Assembly (NCBI GenBank): GCA_963734545.1
Contig: CAVTHO010000010.1
Coordinates: 1-64,000, forward strand
From: an uncultured Spirochaetota bacterium
GTDB taxonomy: Bacteria; Spirochaetota; Spirochaetia; SZUA-6; Fen-1364
Direction of reading: 5' to 3'
DNA length: 64,000 nt
The notes under the pieces were generated by a model. That model was not told where the DNA came from. It saw only the letters and a program-made list of their open reading frames with translations, and ran no database searches. Within the stretch, counting starts at the first letter, position 1. The number at the start of each line of letters is the position of its first letter. Made by a program: the position numbers and the translations under genes. Below, in pieces: positions 42,425-53,563 of this stretch.

Positions 42425-44211
42425 TCATGGCAGTGCCTTCAGCCGGAGCCTGACCACGGTCCCCCGGCCCTCGCTGCTCTCTATCTCGAGCGAGCCGTCG
42501 TGGTCCTGCATGACGGCTTTCACGATCGACAGTCCCAGGCCGACTCCGTACGGCTTCGTGCTGTACAACGGCTCGCCCGCCTTTGCGCGCGCCTCCGGGC
42601 TCATCCCGGCGCCGTTGTCTCGAAAAACGAGCTCGATCCGGCCGTCACGTGAGCTGCTCTCCACGGCCAGCACGCCCGCTCCCCTGTCCGCGGTCATTGC
42701 CTGCACGGCATTCGAGTGGACATTCACGACGGCGCGCCTCATGCGCTCCGGATCCAGCCGCGCGCGCGCATGGCTGCGCAGGGCTCGCGTCACCTCGATC
42801 CCGGCGGGCGTTTCCAGCTCGTCCAGGACTTTTCCGAGCCAGGCATCCACTTCGAGCTCTTCGAGCGCCGGCGCGCGCGGCCGCGAATAGTCCAGGAGCT
42901 CCACAATGATCGCATCGCAGCGCCGGACGTTTCGCTCGGCGAGCTCGATGGCGCGTTCGCTCCGTTCCCGATCGCCGGCCGCCAGGGCCTCCCGGAGAGA
43001 AAAAAGCGCATTGCGGACGGAGCCGAGCGGGTTGCGGATCTCGTGGCTCACCGTGGCCACAGTCTGCCCGAGGGTGGAAAGACGCTCGCGTCTCAGGAGC
43101 TCCTCCTGCGCGCGTTCGAGCTCGGCAAGCCGGGACGCGAGCTCGTCACGTGTTCTTGACAGTGTTTCGGCGAGCTTCTTGTGAGCGGTGATGTCCTGCA
43201 TGAGAAAAACTCGCCCGATCTTCCTCCCCCTGTGATCGCGTGCGGATGAAATGTGGACCTCGAACGTCCGTCCGATGTTATGCGGCCTCCACCCCTCAGC
43301 CTCGAGAACAATCTCTTCCACGTGGCGCAATCGCTCCAGGAGCTCGCGATGGCCGGGAAAAACGTCCGCCGTGTCCCTGCCGATGATCTGCTGGGGAGAG
43401 AGCTGGAGCGCCTCGGCACCGGCTCGGTTGACGTCGACGATCCGGTTCCGCCCATCCTCCACGAACAGGGCAACGTCCATGTGCTCGATGGCGAGGTCCC
43501 GGGCGATCGGCACGAGGTCGAAGAGAGCGAACCGGGCCAGGGCAACGACGATGACGAGGTCCTGCAGGGCGAGCGTGACGGGCGTGATATCGCGATAGGG
43601 GCCGATCTGAAGGCCGACAATCGTCAGGCACGCCCCGACGAACGGGACAAGGAGAGCGCCGCATACAATGAGCGCCTGACGCCGCAGGACGCCCGCGCTG
43701 CGGAGTGAAAACGAGAGCAGGATCGCCGTGTTGACGACCATGAGGGCGAGAATGTACACGTACAGTACGTCCTGGACAACTGTGATGGGATATTGAAGCT
43801 CGGGGAAGAAAGGTGTCGTGCTGAGCGACGCGGCGGGCCGGATCAGATGATGCAGGGAATCCGTGGCCAGCAGAGCCGACGCGGCGGCCGAGGGAACGCC
43901 GACAACGAGGAGAGCGGTCCGCAACCGGATACCGGCGTTTCACGATGCTCAGGACGAACAGGTATCCGAGCCCCGGGCAGGGCCAGATCCAGGACAAACT
44001 GGACATTATCCCAGAGGATCTTTGTTTCCAGCCTGAGGCTCACCATTTCCATGATGAACCCGGCAATGATGAGCGACTCCGCGACTACCTTGTAGAAGAA
44101 AAATCGCGCGGATTCGACGCCGCGGTATTTCCGCACGTACCCCGCGATCCCGAGGCTCACCGCAAGACCGAGCAGGTAGGGAAGGAGGAAATAGATCTCC
44201 CGGGCAATCAT
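42425..44211 (-). CDS. Histidine kinase with N-terminal 7TM (HisKA_7TM) and PAS, one frameshift near 43930
   Basis: LETKILWDNVQF, LFDLVPIARD, SHEIRNPL, NAVQAM, GVGLGL. Confidence 0.85.
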
Positions 44212-44338
44212 TCCCGCGCCTCGCGCTCAGACATCGCGTCCTCGTGCCCCGACTCGCGGCGGGGTGTCGTGATCCTTCTATAATAAGGTCGCCATCACGA
44301 CAGGGCAAGGTGGGGGAGACCGGGTTGCCGCCCGTCGA

Positions 44339-45481
44339 CTATTGCGGCCGCAGGCTCACGTCGAAGCCGGGATCCAGTGCCTGGAGGGTGTCGTAGAGCA
44401 CCTGGAGCACATATTTCGTGTTGTGGATGCCGAGACTCTTGTCGTCGACGATCATCCGGTAGTTGTAGAACGCCGCCACCTCGGGCAGGGGGCGCACGAC
44501 CTCGGACCGCACGAAATTGAAGCTCCCATCCGGCTTGTAGTACGGCGGGTTCAGTTTCTGCAGCAATCCGGTACCGTTCTTGTCGACGAATCGATCGAGC
44601 AGACCCTGGACCTCCAGCTGGAATGGTTCCTTTTTCCCGTTGCGGTCGTAGTCCTCCTGCGCAATGATGTTGAATACTTCCCTGCCGCGCACCTGCGCAA
44701 TATCCCTGTGGCAGGAGATGCAGGCGGACACATTCAGCGTGTCGACTTCGTGCACTTTGCCCGCGATACGGAAACTGTGGCCGCCGAGCTCCATGCTGAG
44801 GCCGGCGCGCCCCTTGGGCAGGCTCATGTGGCAGCTGATGCAGCCGTCGTTCATGACATCCTTGTGCGCCGAGCTGCCGTAGCTTTTGCCGGGGAACTCG
44901 TAGGCGTTTGTGCCCATCGTGATGTCCGCCTGGGGCCCGTGATGCGAGCCCCAGTAGGGGGCCACCTTGTTTGCCGGCAGGGGGACGACCGTCTTTGCCG
45001 CGTCCGCAGTGGCCTTGTGGCAGCTCGCGCACAGGTTGCCGTGCCCGACGTCGAACACCTTCCCGTTTGCGAGGGTGACGGGCGCGATGGTGCGCAGGCT
45101 GAAATCGCCCTTCTCGTGCGGCATGTGGCAGGTGAAGCAGCCGGGCTGCGAGGGATCCGCGATGAACTCCTTGGGGTCGGGTTCACCTCTCTGCGTGAAC
45201 GCGACAAATCCCTCGTGCGTGTGGCACTTCTGGCAGCCCTGGCCGTTCGCGTAGGCCGCATCCCCGATTATCTTGTGGCCCGAAAGCTCGTACCGGGCCC
45301 TTGCGCCAAGGAACGGGTACTTCGCGTTCGTGCTCGAGTGGCAGTTCGTGCACGCGGTGGCGCTCACCACACCCGCGTCCCTGACTTCTCCGCGGCCCGA
45401 CGCGCGCGCGCACGGAGGGACCGCGGCAAGGGATGCCAGCATCAGAACACAGGCCAGCCTCTTCGTGACGGTCATGCTCAT
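44339..45481 (-). CDS. Secreted hexaheme c-type cytochrome
   Basis: Six CxxCH: CTNCH, CQKCH, CFTCH, CASCH, CISCH, CISCH; signal peptide. Confidence 0.9.
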   Translation of the reverse strand: MSMTVTKRLACVLMLASLAAVPPCARASGRGEVRDAGVVSATACTNCHSSTNAKYPFLGARARYELSGHKIIGDAAYANGQGCQKCHTHEGFVAFTQRGEPDPKEFIADPSQPGCFTCHMPHEKGDFSLRTIAPVTLANGKVFDVGHGNLCASCHKATADAAKTVVPLPANKVAPYWGSHHGPQADITMGTNAYEFPGKSYGSSAHKDVMNDGCISCHMSLPKGRAGLSMELGGHSFRIAGKVHEVDTLNVSACISCHRDIAQVRGREVFNIIAQEDYDRNGKKEPFQLEVQGLLDRFVDKNGTGLLQKLNPPYYKPDGSFNFVRSEVVRPLPEVAAFYNYRMIVDDKSLGIHNTKYVLQVLYDTLQALDPGFDVSLRPQ

Positions 45482-47502
45482 GGCAGCGCCGCCTGTCCTT
45501 TTCCCTCGACCTTTATGGTGCCCTCGACCTTTGCAGTCCCCTCGACCTTGATCGTCTTGAAATTCGCGGTGAGACCATGGAGCTGCTGCGCCATCCCGGC
45601 AAGCTGCTGGGCCGATGCGGAGATCTCCTCCGTGGACGAGGCCGCCTGCTGGGTCAGCTCGTTGACGTTCTCCACCGCCGTCGAAACCTGGCGGGCGCTG
45701 GAAGTCTGCTCGGCCGTTGCGGTGGAGATTTCCCCGCTCATCCCGCTCACGTTCTCCAGGACCCTGGTCACCTCGTTCACCGCCGTGACCTGCTCCTTCA
45801 TGGAGGCCGAGAGGCTGCTCGTCATCTCGCTGGTCATCCGGGCCGCCTCGGTGATTTGCTCCATGGACAGCTTCGATCCCGTTGCGCGCTCCACCCCCTT
45901 CTTGACGTTCGTCACGCTCTCTTCGATGAGGAACGATATTTCCTTGGCGGAGGAAGAGCTGCGCTCGGCCAGCTTGCTCACCTCGTCCGCCACCACGGCG
46001 AATCCCCGCCCGTATTCGCCCGCACGCGCCGCCTCGATGGAGGCGTTGAGCGCCAGCAGGTTAGTCTGGTTTGCGATGTCGGAGATCACGCTGACGATGC
46101 CCGCTATTTTCGCGGAGCTCGTGGAGATGAGGGTGATCGCCTCCACCACCTGGTCGGCTGCCTGCGCTCCCTGCTGGGACCTCTCCAGGGACTGCAGGGC
46201 GAGGTCCGAAATCTGCTGAAGGCTCTCCGCGACCTCTCCCACCGATCTCTGCACCTGCGCCATGGAGCCCGCGCCCAACGCAAAAGCGTCCGCCTGGGCC
46301 TTCGCGTGGATGGAAACCTGATCGATGGAAGAGGTCAGCTCCTCGATCGCGGCGCTCGTCTCCTCGAGCATCGAGGCCTGGCTCTCCGCGCCGCCGGCCA
46401 GGTTCGACGTGGACGCGGAGATCTCCTCGCTGCTCGTGGCCACCTGCGCCGCGTTTTCCTGGAGGGTGATCACCATCTCCCTCAGCTTCACCGTCATTGT
46501 CTGGAGGTCCCGGGCAAGGATCCCGACCTCGTCTCCCTGCCTGATGTCCAGATGATGGGTCAGGTCACCCTGGGCAATGGCGCGCGAGAAATCGACCGCC
46601 TTCGTCACCGGCACGGTGATGCCCCGCGCAATGAAGAAGCCGATGGCCCCCGCCGCGAGCACGGCGATTCCCAGCGCAAGGAAGATGAGCCGGATGGACA
46701 GCGCCGAAGAGGTCTTCTGGGTCGCGATGAGCTCCCTCTCGAGATCCTTGGACACGGTGATGATGCTGTTCGCCGTCTTCGTCATCTGGATGGCGCCGCG
46801 CGCCTCCTTGTCGAAGTAGTCCTTGTAGCTGCTCATCGCCGCGTTGTAGGCCTCGAGGGGGGACTGCAGCGCGCGGCCGGCCTCCGCCGTGCGCGCGTTG
46901 GCCGCAAGACGCGCGACATCGGCGCCGAAAGCGGCGAGAGCCGCCTGGTAGCTCTCCCACGCGGCGGCCTTCTTGTCCTTGAGAAAGGTGAGAGCGGCGA
47001 TGTGCAGCCGGGAAAAGCCGCCCCGAAGGCCCTCGTTTCGATCGGTCGCCTCTCCGATGCGCTGCACCGCCTCCCTCCAATCGGAGGCATAGCGCGCCTC
47101 GTTCCCGCGGTCCGCCCAGTATGCGAGGTAATCCAGCCGGAACGCATTCGCCGCGTCCTGGATCGTCTGGAGCCGTTCCCGCTGAGCGGCCGAGAGTGCG
47201 CCGGCCCTGAGCTCTTCTACCATGGCGGTAATTGCCTTCACCTGCTCGCTCACGTCCTTGAGATTACCGGAACCGCCCTGCAGCCCGTACGCCCCTTCCT
47301 GCTCCCGGGCCTGAAGGATGTCGATGATGCGCTGCATCATGTCCTGCGCGCCGCCGTTTCCCATCACCGCTTCCGCGCTCTCCACCACCTTCGCAACGCG
47401 CCTGTTCTGCACGAATGCGATGAGAGTGATGGCGACCATGAGGACGATGGGGACGGAGAAGCCTATGGCGATCTTCTGCCATATCTTCATGCCGTGAAAC
47501 AT
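45478..47502 (-). CDS. Methyl-accepting chemotaxis protein
   Basis: TM-periplasmic-TM-HAMP (DEVG), [33 protein letters not shown]; AGGAGG RBS. Confidence 0.95.
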   Translation of the reverse strand: MFHGMKIWQKIAIGFSVPIVLMVAITLIAFVQNRRVAKVVESAEAVMGNGGAQDMMQRIIDILQAREQEGAYGLQGGSGNLKDVSEQVKAITAMVEELRAGALSAAQRERLQTIQDAANAFRLDYLAYWADRGNEARYASDWREAVQRIGEATDRNEGLRGGFSRLHIAALTFLKDKKAAAWESYQAALAAFGADVARLAANARTAEAGRALQSPLEAYNAAMSSYKDYFDKEARGAIQMTKTANSIITVSKDLERELIATQKTSSALSIRLIFLALGIAVLAAGAIGFFIARGITVPVTKAVDFSRAIAQGDLTHHLDIRQGDEVGILARDLQTMTVKLREMVITLQENAAQVATSSEEISASTSNLAGGAESQASMLEETSAAIEELTSSIDQVSIHAKAQADAFALGAGSMAQVQRSVGEVAESLQQISDLALQSLERSQQGAQAADQVVEAITLISTSSAKIAGIVSVISDIANQTNLLALNASIEAARAGEYGRGFAVVADEVSKLAERSSSSAKEISFLIEESVTNVKKGVERATGSKLSMEQITEAARMTSEMTSSLSASMKEQVTAVNEVTRVLENVSGMSGEISTATAEQTSSARQVSTAVENVNELTQQAASSTEEISASAQQLAGMAQQLHGLTANFKTIKVEGTAKVEGTIKVEGKGQAALP
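45503..45552. repeat. 18-bp tandem repeat (about 3 copies) encoding KVEG(T) units in the MCP tail
   Basis: ccctcgacctt at 45503, 45521 and 45539. Confidence 0.85.
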
Positions 47503-47840
47503 GCTGAGCCTCCTGTTCGAATCGTCTTGCACGCAAAACCGGTATACATAGTCCCGGCGCAAAGCTGTTTCACAAAAGTTGATTTTGATTGATGCTCTAA
47601 CAGTATCACATATATCAGTTTTTTGCAGTATTAATCGAAAGAATATTCATAAGAATATGATGCAAAAATCCACACGCCCTGCTCATCAAAGCACTCGTCC
47701 TGCCGCAAGCTGATATCCCACTTTTTTCTGCCTGCCTGGGTGTCGCGGATATTTCCGGCGCGTGTTGTATCTTGCAAGTTGTATATAGGAACGAAGGCAT
47801 ACTAAGCAGGCGTTCCAAATGGAGGTATACATTGAGAACC

Positions 47841-49274
47841 ATGGTTCAAAGAGGGCACGCGGCGCGATGGACATTGCTTGTCCTGTCCGTCGTCGTGCTC
47901 GCGGTTGCCGGCTGCGCGCTCGGCGCGGGACCGGCGCAGGGAGTTCCGGGCTACGCCAAAGGCGTCATTACCGCCAAGGGCAGCATCTTCGTGAACGGCG
48001 TCGAGTACGACACAAAGAGCGCCACCATCACGATGGATGACACGGGCACCCATCCTGACAGCGACCTGAAGGTAGGCATGGTGGTCGAGGTGAAAGGCAC
48101 CATCGACAGCGCCACCGGCAAGGGAAGCGCTACGGAGGTGCAGTACGACGCCAATCTCGAAGGCCCGATCGACACGGGAAGCATCGACGCAACGGCGCAG
48201 AGCTTCACCGTGTTCGGCGAGAAGATCGTCGCGGACGCGACCACTGTCTATGAAGGGGTGAGCGGCTTCTCCGGCCTCGCGCAGGGGGATCGGGTCGAGG
48301 TCAGCGGAACGGCTGACACCACCTCCCACGTCATAAAGGCCGCCCGCATAGAGAAGAAGAGCATCGCGGGCAACTTCGAGATCAAAGGCATCGTGAGCGG
48401 CCTGGGCGCCGGAACCTTTACGCTCACCCCGCGGCACGCCGCCGTTGGCATCACGGTGAACTTTACCGGAACGCTCGATGCCGCAATAGTGAACGGGTCA
48501 TTCGTGGAAGTGAAGTTCGCCGCCTTCGGCAACCCGCTCTCCACGACGGCCGACCAGGTCAAGCTCCGCAGGCAGCTTGCGCCCTCCGACAAGGATCGTG
48601 CGGAAGTAGGGGGCGTAGTGGGCAATTTCGTCTCGGGCGCCGGCTCCTCGACCTTCACGGTGGACGGCGTCAACGTGAGCGCGGACAACTCGCTGCTCTC
48701 CGGCGTCACCGACGGCGTCGAGGTCGAAGTGAAAGGGACCATGAGCGCGGGCGTCCTCATCGCAGAAATCGTGCGGGTCGAGCGCGAGAGCAACCTGCTT
48801 CTGGGTGGAACGGTCAGCGCGGTCGATACCGGCGCCGGGACCGTGACGCTGAACGGCGTGACGCTGGCCGTGACCAGCACAACGATCTTCCGCGACAGGA
48901 CCTCGCTCACGCCCGCGGCGTCGTTCAGCCTGGCGAACATCATGGTGGGCGACTATATCGGCGTGCGCGGGTACACGGACTCTTCCGCAAGCCCGGCAGT
49001 GGGAGTCGCTACACGAATCGAACGCCTGGCCGCCCTTCCCGGCTCGCTTCTTGCCGGGCCAGTAAGCGCGGCAGCCACCAACAGCCTGACGATCCTCGGA
49101 ATTTCCGTGGACACGTCTGCAGCGACTTTCCGCGACGCCGACGGTCACAGTGTGACACAGTCCGCTTTCCTCGCGCTCATCACGCCGGGAACGACCCTCG
49201 CAGGTGTGATCGGAACCTCGAGCGGCGCAACCTTCACCGCCACGATCGGGCAGATAGGTGAGGTCGAGCAATAG
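47841..49274 (+). CDS. DUF5666-repeat lipoprotein
   Basis: VAGC lipobox; GSIFVNGV, LKVGMVVEVKG, GDRVEVSG, GVEVEVKG repeated OB-like units. Confidence 0.85.
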   Translation: MVQRGHAARWTLLVLSVVVLAVAGCALGAGPAQGVPGYAKGVITAKGSIFVNGVEYDTKSATITMDDTGTHPDSDLKVGMVVEVKGTIDSATGKGSATEVQYDANLEGPIDTGSIDATAQSFTVFGEKIVADATTVYEGVSGFSGLAQGDRVEVSGTADTTSHVIKAARIEKKSIAGNFEIKGIVSGLGAGTFTLTPRHAAVGITVNFTGTLDAAIVNGSFVEVKFAAFGNPLSTTADQVKLRRQLAPSDKDRAEVGGVVGNFVSGAGSSTFTVDGVNVSADNSLLSGVTDGVEVEVKGTMSAGVLIAEIVRVERESNLLLGGTVSAVDTGAGTVTLNGVTLAVTSTTIFRDRTSLTPAASFSLANIMVGDYIGVRGYTDSSASPAVGVATRIERLAALPGSLLAGPVSAAATNSLTILGISVDTSAATFRDADGHSVTQSAFLALITPGTTLAGVIGTSSGATFTATIGQIGEVEQ

Positions 49275-49296
49275 GAGCCTCGCAGGTTGAATCTGT

Positions 49297-49358
49297 AACG
49301 GCGCTCTTGCGCGCGGAGGCCACCCGCCCCGCTCACACGGCAAGGGCGCCGTTCTTTT
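49297..49358 (+). terminator. Probable intrinsic terminator after the DUF5666 gene
   Basis: AACGGCGCTCTTGC / GCAAGGGCGCCGTT stem followed by CTTTT. Confidence 0.55.
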
Positions 49359-49386
49359 GTGAGGTGAAAAATTCCGCCCGGGCCCC

Positions 49387-49415
49387 TTGACAACTGCCGG
49401 CGCGCGTGCTAATGG
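49387..49415 (+). promoter_or_regulatory. sigma70-like promoter upstream of the riboswitch
   Basis: Perfect TTGACA at 49387; weak -10 (TGCTAATGG). Confidence 0.5.
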
Positions 49416-49423
49416 TTTCTGTG

Positions 49424-49520
49424 TAGTTGAAGAACAGGTCCGCGCCCAGCGCGGATACCGGGCCGACACTTCCCCGTTGGGGAGGCTTGAGGCAGCAGGC
49501 ACGCCTGCGGGACTCATACT
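49424..49520 (+). ncRNA. NiCo (czcD) metal-sensing riboswitch
   Basis: Four-way-junction signature in order: GAACAGG, P2 TCCGCG/CGCGGA, CCGGGCC, P3 CTTCCCC/GGGGAG, GGCAGCAG, P4 GCAGGC/GCCTGC, GCGGGAC, closed by AGTTGA/TCATACT; recognised by eye, not by covariance search. Confidence 0.75.
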
Positions 49521-49637
49521 CTAACCAGTATCCGTTCCGTGGGCGTTTCTGTTTCAGGAGCGCATCGCGCGGGAAGCCCTGGCCTTCCGCCCGACTTCGC
49601 GCCTGAAACCGGATGCTCCGGACGGGGGAGGCCCCCG

Positions 49638-50955
49638 ATGCATCCGACCATGCCCGGTTCTTCTGCGAATCCACTTCCCCCGAATCGACTCTTCATCTCC
49701 ACAATCGCCGCAATGGCGCTCAAGAACCTCTTCCGCCACCGTCGGCGCACCGTGGTGAACCTCATTGGCATCGCCGTGGCTGTCGGCGCTCTCCTGTTCT
49801 TCCAGGCATTCTACCGCGGCTCCTACGAGGAGCTCATGTTCGGCGCCATCGTCGACTACGAGACCGCCCATCTCCAGGTACAGAGCGCCGCCCTCGTCGA
49901 CGAGGACCCCGATTCGTACGCCCGGGAGCCATCGATGATCCCGGACTGGCAGGTCCTCTGCGGCCGGCTGCGGAATGTCGACGGCGTGCGCGCCCTTGCG
50001 CCTCGTCTCCTCGTTCCCGCCTTTGCGGGGGACGGCGTCCGCACGCGCGCTGTTTTCCTGGTCGGGATGGATCAAGCGGCGGAGCGTGAAACCATGCGGA
50101 CCCTCGATCGACTCAGCGCGGGCCGGCCGCTGTCAGGGCCCGGCCAGGTCCTCGTGGGAGCTTCCCTGGCCAGACTCTTCGGTCTCGAGCCGGGGAGCCA
50201 GCTTCGGGTGCAGGTCCGTACGGTCGATGGCGTGCCCAACATCCAGACGTTCACGATCGCGGGGTTCTTCGTCACCGGGTACGCGCTGATTGATCGGGGC
50301 ATGGTATTCGCGAGCCTCCCTGATGTGCAGGAGGTTTCAAGCGCGGGTGACCGGGTCAACAGGATCCACATTCGCGCGGCTTCCGTCGACGACGTGGACA
50401 CGGTGACCGCCGCCGCCGCGGCCATGCTTTCCCAGGCGCGCCGGCCGCTCGACGGCCGGGACCGCGCGGCTCGTTGCAAAGCCGTGGACGGAATCGGCGG
50501 CGGGGCTCCTTGAGCACACGAAGGGCGACCGGCTCTTCATGTTCGTATTCCTCGCCATCCTCCTGGTCCTCGCGCTCTCCTCGATTGCCGGGACCATGTA
50601 CATGGCCGTCTTCGAGCGCACGAGGGAGATCGGCACCCTGCGCGCCATGGGCTGGCACAGGGGGGAGGTCTTCCAGTTGTTCGTCCTCGAGGCGGCGCTC
50701 ATCGGGATCACGGGATCCATCCTGGGAATCATCCTCGGGGGAGGGGCAAGCATCGCTCTTGCCCGTTTCCCCATCGATCTGAGCGGCAGTTTCGATTCTC
50801 TGGACATCCCGTTTCTGAAGATGACCGCCAGGCTCACGGGCCTGGATGCGGTCGTAGCCTCGCTTGCCGGCGCGGCGGCGGCAGCGGGAGCAGGGATCAC
50901 ACCGGCGCGCCGGGCAGCGTCCCTGGAAATCGTGAAAGCCCTCACCACGCGCTGA
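49638..50955 (+). CDS. FtsX/LolE-like ABC permease, one frameshift near 50470
   Basis: MALKNLFRHRRRT, ERTREIGTLRAMG; GGAGG RBS. Confidence 0.85.
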
Positions 50956-50974
50956 GAGATCAGGGAGGAATATC

Positions 50975-51703
50975 ATGACGACAAAAAGACATGCGGTTCT
51001 CGCGGCGGTGCTGCTGACCTTTTGCCTCTGGCCGCCCTCCGCGCGGGGGGATGAGCGGGGCCGGGCGATCCTCGACGTAATGGACGACGCCATGAACTTC
51101 TCGGAAGGACGCATGCGTCTGCGGATCGAGGACCACAAGGCGAACGGCGCCACCCGCGTGTACGCGGCGGAGGTGCTCTACGTCCTGAACAAGGGCACTC
51201 TCATCGAGTTCGTTGCGCCGCCGCGCGATCGGGGAAAGCGGATCCTGACCGTCGGCGACTCGATGTGGATGTCGGTGCCGGGAACGTCCCGTCCGATCCG
51301 ACTGTCCGGCAAGGACTCGTTCATGGGCACCTCGTTCACCAACGACGACGTCATGAATCTCGATCGCTCCGACGACTACGACGCGGTGACGACGGGAGAG
51401 GAGCCCGAGGGCACCCGGCTGGTCATGACTGCGCGCACGACATCGGTTCCTTACCCGCGCATGGAGATCCTGGTCGGGACCGGCTCCCTGCCGGTCTGGT
51501 CGGTGCTCTACACACGCTCGGGCGTTGCGGCCAAGCGGATCGAGTACAGCTCCCTGACTGACTTCGGTGACAAGGTCCGGCCCGCGGTGATGACGATCAT
51601 CGATCTCATGACCAGGGGTGACCGCAGCGTGGTCGTGTTCGAGGAGATGCGCGCGTCTCCCGTGGACAGGGCAAAGCTGTCTCCGGCCTCATTCGGCAGA
51701 TGA
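50975..51703 (+). CDS. Outer membrane lipoprotein-sorting protein (LolA-like)
   Basis: PPRDRGKRIL..DSMWMSVP..RLSGKDSFMGTSFTNDD, PYPR. Confidence 0.85.
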   Translation: MTTKRHAVLAAVLLTFCLWPPSARGDERGRAILDVMDDAMNFSEGRMRLRIEDHKANGATRVYAAEVLYVLNKGTLIEFVAPPRDRGKRILTVGDSMWMSVPGTSRPIRLSGKDSFMGTSFTNDDVMNLDRSDDYDAVTTGEEPEGTRLVMTARTTSVPYPRMEILVGTGSLPVWSVLYTRSGVAAKRIEYSSLTDFGDKVRPAVMTIIDLMTRGDRSVVVFEEMRASPVDRAKLSPASFGR

Positions 51704-51715
51704 CGGGAGGATGAG

Positions 51716-52438
51716 ATGAGCTCCATTCGCATAGAACAGGTGACGAAAAGCTATCGGCTCGGCCACACGGATGTCCCGGCGCTCCGGGGCGTCGACTTTG
51801 CCGTCAATGCCGCCGAGATCGTCGGCATTGTCGGGCCCTCCGGCTCGGGGAAGTCCACCCTTCTCAATATCGTCGGCTGCATCGACACGCCCACGAGCGG
51901 CCGCATCGTGATGGACGGCGTGGACCTGGGCACCTTGAAGGACAGGGACCTCACCGAGGTGCGGCGCGGCTCCATCGGGTTCGTTTTCCAGTCCTTCAAC
52001 CTGATCCCGGTCCTGAACGCCTTCGAGAACGTGGAGCTGCCCCTCCTGGCCCTCGGGATTCCGAGCGGACGGCGCAGGCGCATGGTGGGGGAGATCCTGG
52101 AGCGCGTCGCGCTCTCCGCGTACATGCATCATCGCCCCGATGAGCTCTCCGGCGGTCAGCGCCAGCGGGTGGCGGTGGCCCGGGCCCTCGTCATATCGCC
52201 CCGGCTCGTGCTTGCCGATGAGCCGACGGCGAACCTCGATGGGGAAAACGGCCGGGCGATCATGGAGATGATGCACGTGATCAATCATGAGCTTTCCAGC
52301 ACGTTCCTCCTTGCCACGCACGATCCGCGTGTCCTGCCCTTCCTCGACCGGCGCATCTACCTGGAAGACGGAAGGATCAAAAGCATCGAAGACCTTCCGG
52401 GGAGGCCGGCAAGTGCCGCCAGGAGCGGCCGAGCATGA
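51716..52438 (+). CDS. ABC transporter ATP-binding protein (LolD-like)
   Basis: GPSGSGKST, LSGGQRQRV, LADEPTANLD, ATHD. Confidence 0.95.
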   Translation: MSSIRIEQVTKSYRLGHTDVPALRGVDFAVNAAEIVGIVGPSGSGKSTLLNIVGCIDTPTSGRIVMDGVDLGTLKDRDLTEVRRGSIGFVFQSFNLIPVLNAFENVELPLLALGIPSGRRRRMVGEILERVALSAYMHHRPDELSGGQRQRVAVARALVISPRLVLADEPTANLDGENGRAIMEMMHVINHELSSTFLLATHDPRVLPFLDRRIYLEDGRIKSIEDLPGRPASAARSGRA

Positions 52439-53553
52439 GACCGCGCAGCGCGCACCCGCGCCGGGGCAGCTTCGGCCCGAGGGGGAAATGGCTCCCTCTG
52501 GTCCTGGTCCTTTTCCTGGCCCCGCTGGCCCGGTCGGCGGCCCTCACCGCCGAAGGGAGCCTGTTCGTCCAGGCAGGGCCGACGCTTCTTCGGGAGGATC
52601 TCCCCTCCGGATCAGTGCCCGACTGGACGGCGCAGACCCTGGCGGGCATACGGATCAGCGGCGCCGGCCCGGCGGCCGAGCTCGCCATAGAGGCGCTCTA
52701 TGCGCACGATGTCGTCTCCCGCTCGGATATGCTGTTCCTCGAGGAGGCATGGGCGGCGTGGAAGCCGGTCGACGGTTTCACCATGCGGTTCGGGAGGCAA
52801 CGCCTCGGGTTCGGCTGCGGCTTTGCGTGGAGTGTCGTGGACGACCTGGACCCCCAGCCAATGCCCTTTGATCCGCATCTCCCCCGGGTGGGTCTGGATG
52901 CGTTCAGCCTCTCGTTCGACTTCACGCCGCTCGGCGCGCCGGTCAAAGTGGCTGCCGAGGCATTTGCTCCGCGGACAGAAGGCGGTGGGCCTCTTCTGGT
53001 CGTGCACGGCATCAACACCGCATTCCCCGCGGGCACGGGCGCGTCCCTGCCCCGGCTTGCCGATTGTGGAGCGGCGGCGCAGGTCTCTGCCTTCCTCGGG
53101 GGGTTCGAGATCGGCGCGGCAGGGTCGATCCGGGAGTTTGCCCCGGATCCGCCGATTTCCATCGGCGGATGGGTCACCGTGGACATCGCCGGGTTCGTTC
53201 TCGGCGCCGAGGGGGCATGGCGGAATGCAGGCGGGGAGCTCCTGGTGAACTGCAACAGGCGCGCGGGAGATTTCGCTGCAGTTGCGGAGACCCGATGGGT
53301 TGCCGGGAGCGACCGCGTGTGGCTCTTCGGCCAGGTTTCCTGGAGCCGCGGAGATCTGAGCGCGGCGGTCTCCACGCTCTTTTCCCTCCGAGAAGCCTCG
53401 GGTCTGGCGGACCTCGGCCTTTCCTACACAGCCTCGGATGCGCTCGTGCTCTCCGCAGGCGTGACCTTCTACGAGCGGCCGGACGCTCTTCCCGAGATCG
53501 GACCCTCGCCCTACAGGTGCGCGGTCTCGGCAAGCGCAGAGTACTTCTTCTAA
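52435..53553 (+). CDS. Putative outer-membrane beta-barrel protein
   Basis: Signal peptide; LEEAW..FGRQRLGFGCG..DDL motif like that in 17026-18237; C-terminal EYFF. Confidence 0.7.
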   Translation: MRPRSAHPRRGSFGPRGKWLPLVLVLFLAPLARSAALTAEGSLFVQAGPTLLREDLPSGSVPDWTAQTLAGIRISGAGPAAELAIEALYAHDVVSRSDMLFLEEAWAAWKPVDGFTMRFGRQRLGFGCGFAWSVVDDLDPQPMPFDPHLPRVGLDAFSLSFDFTPLGAPVKVAAEAFAPRTEGGGPLLVVHGINTAFPAGTGASLPRLADCGAAAQVSAFLGGFEIGAAGSIREFAPDPPISIGGWVTVDIAGFVLGAEGAWRNAGGELLVNCNRRAGDFAAVAETRWVAGSDRVWLFGQVSWSRGDLSAAVSTLFSLREASGLADLGLSYTASDALVLSAGVTFYERPDALPEIGPSPYRCAVSASAEYFF

Positions 53554-53563
53554 GAGGAGGTGC

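Noticed and set aside
47505-47580. Possible sigma54 promoter for the second MCP
   Set aside because: TTGC elements are present but the -24 GG is missing
44342-47592. 625-aa and 671-aa plus-strand ORFs
   Set aside because: Shadows of the cytochrome and MCP genes
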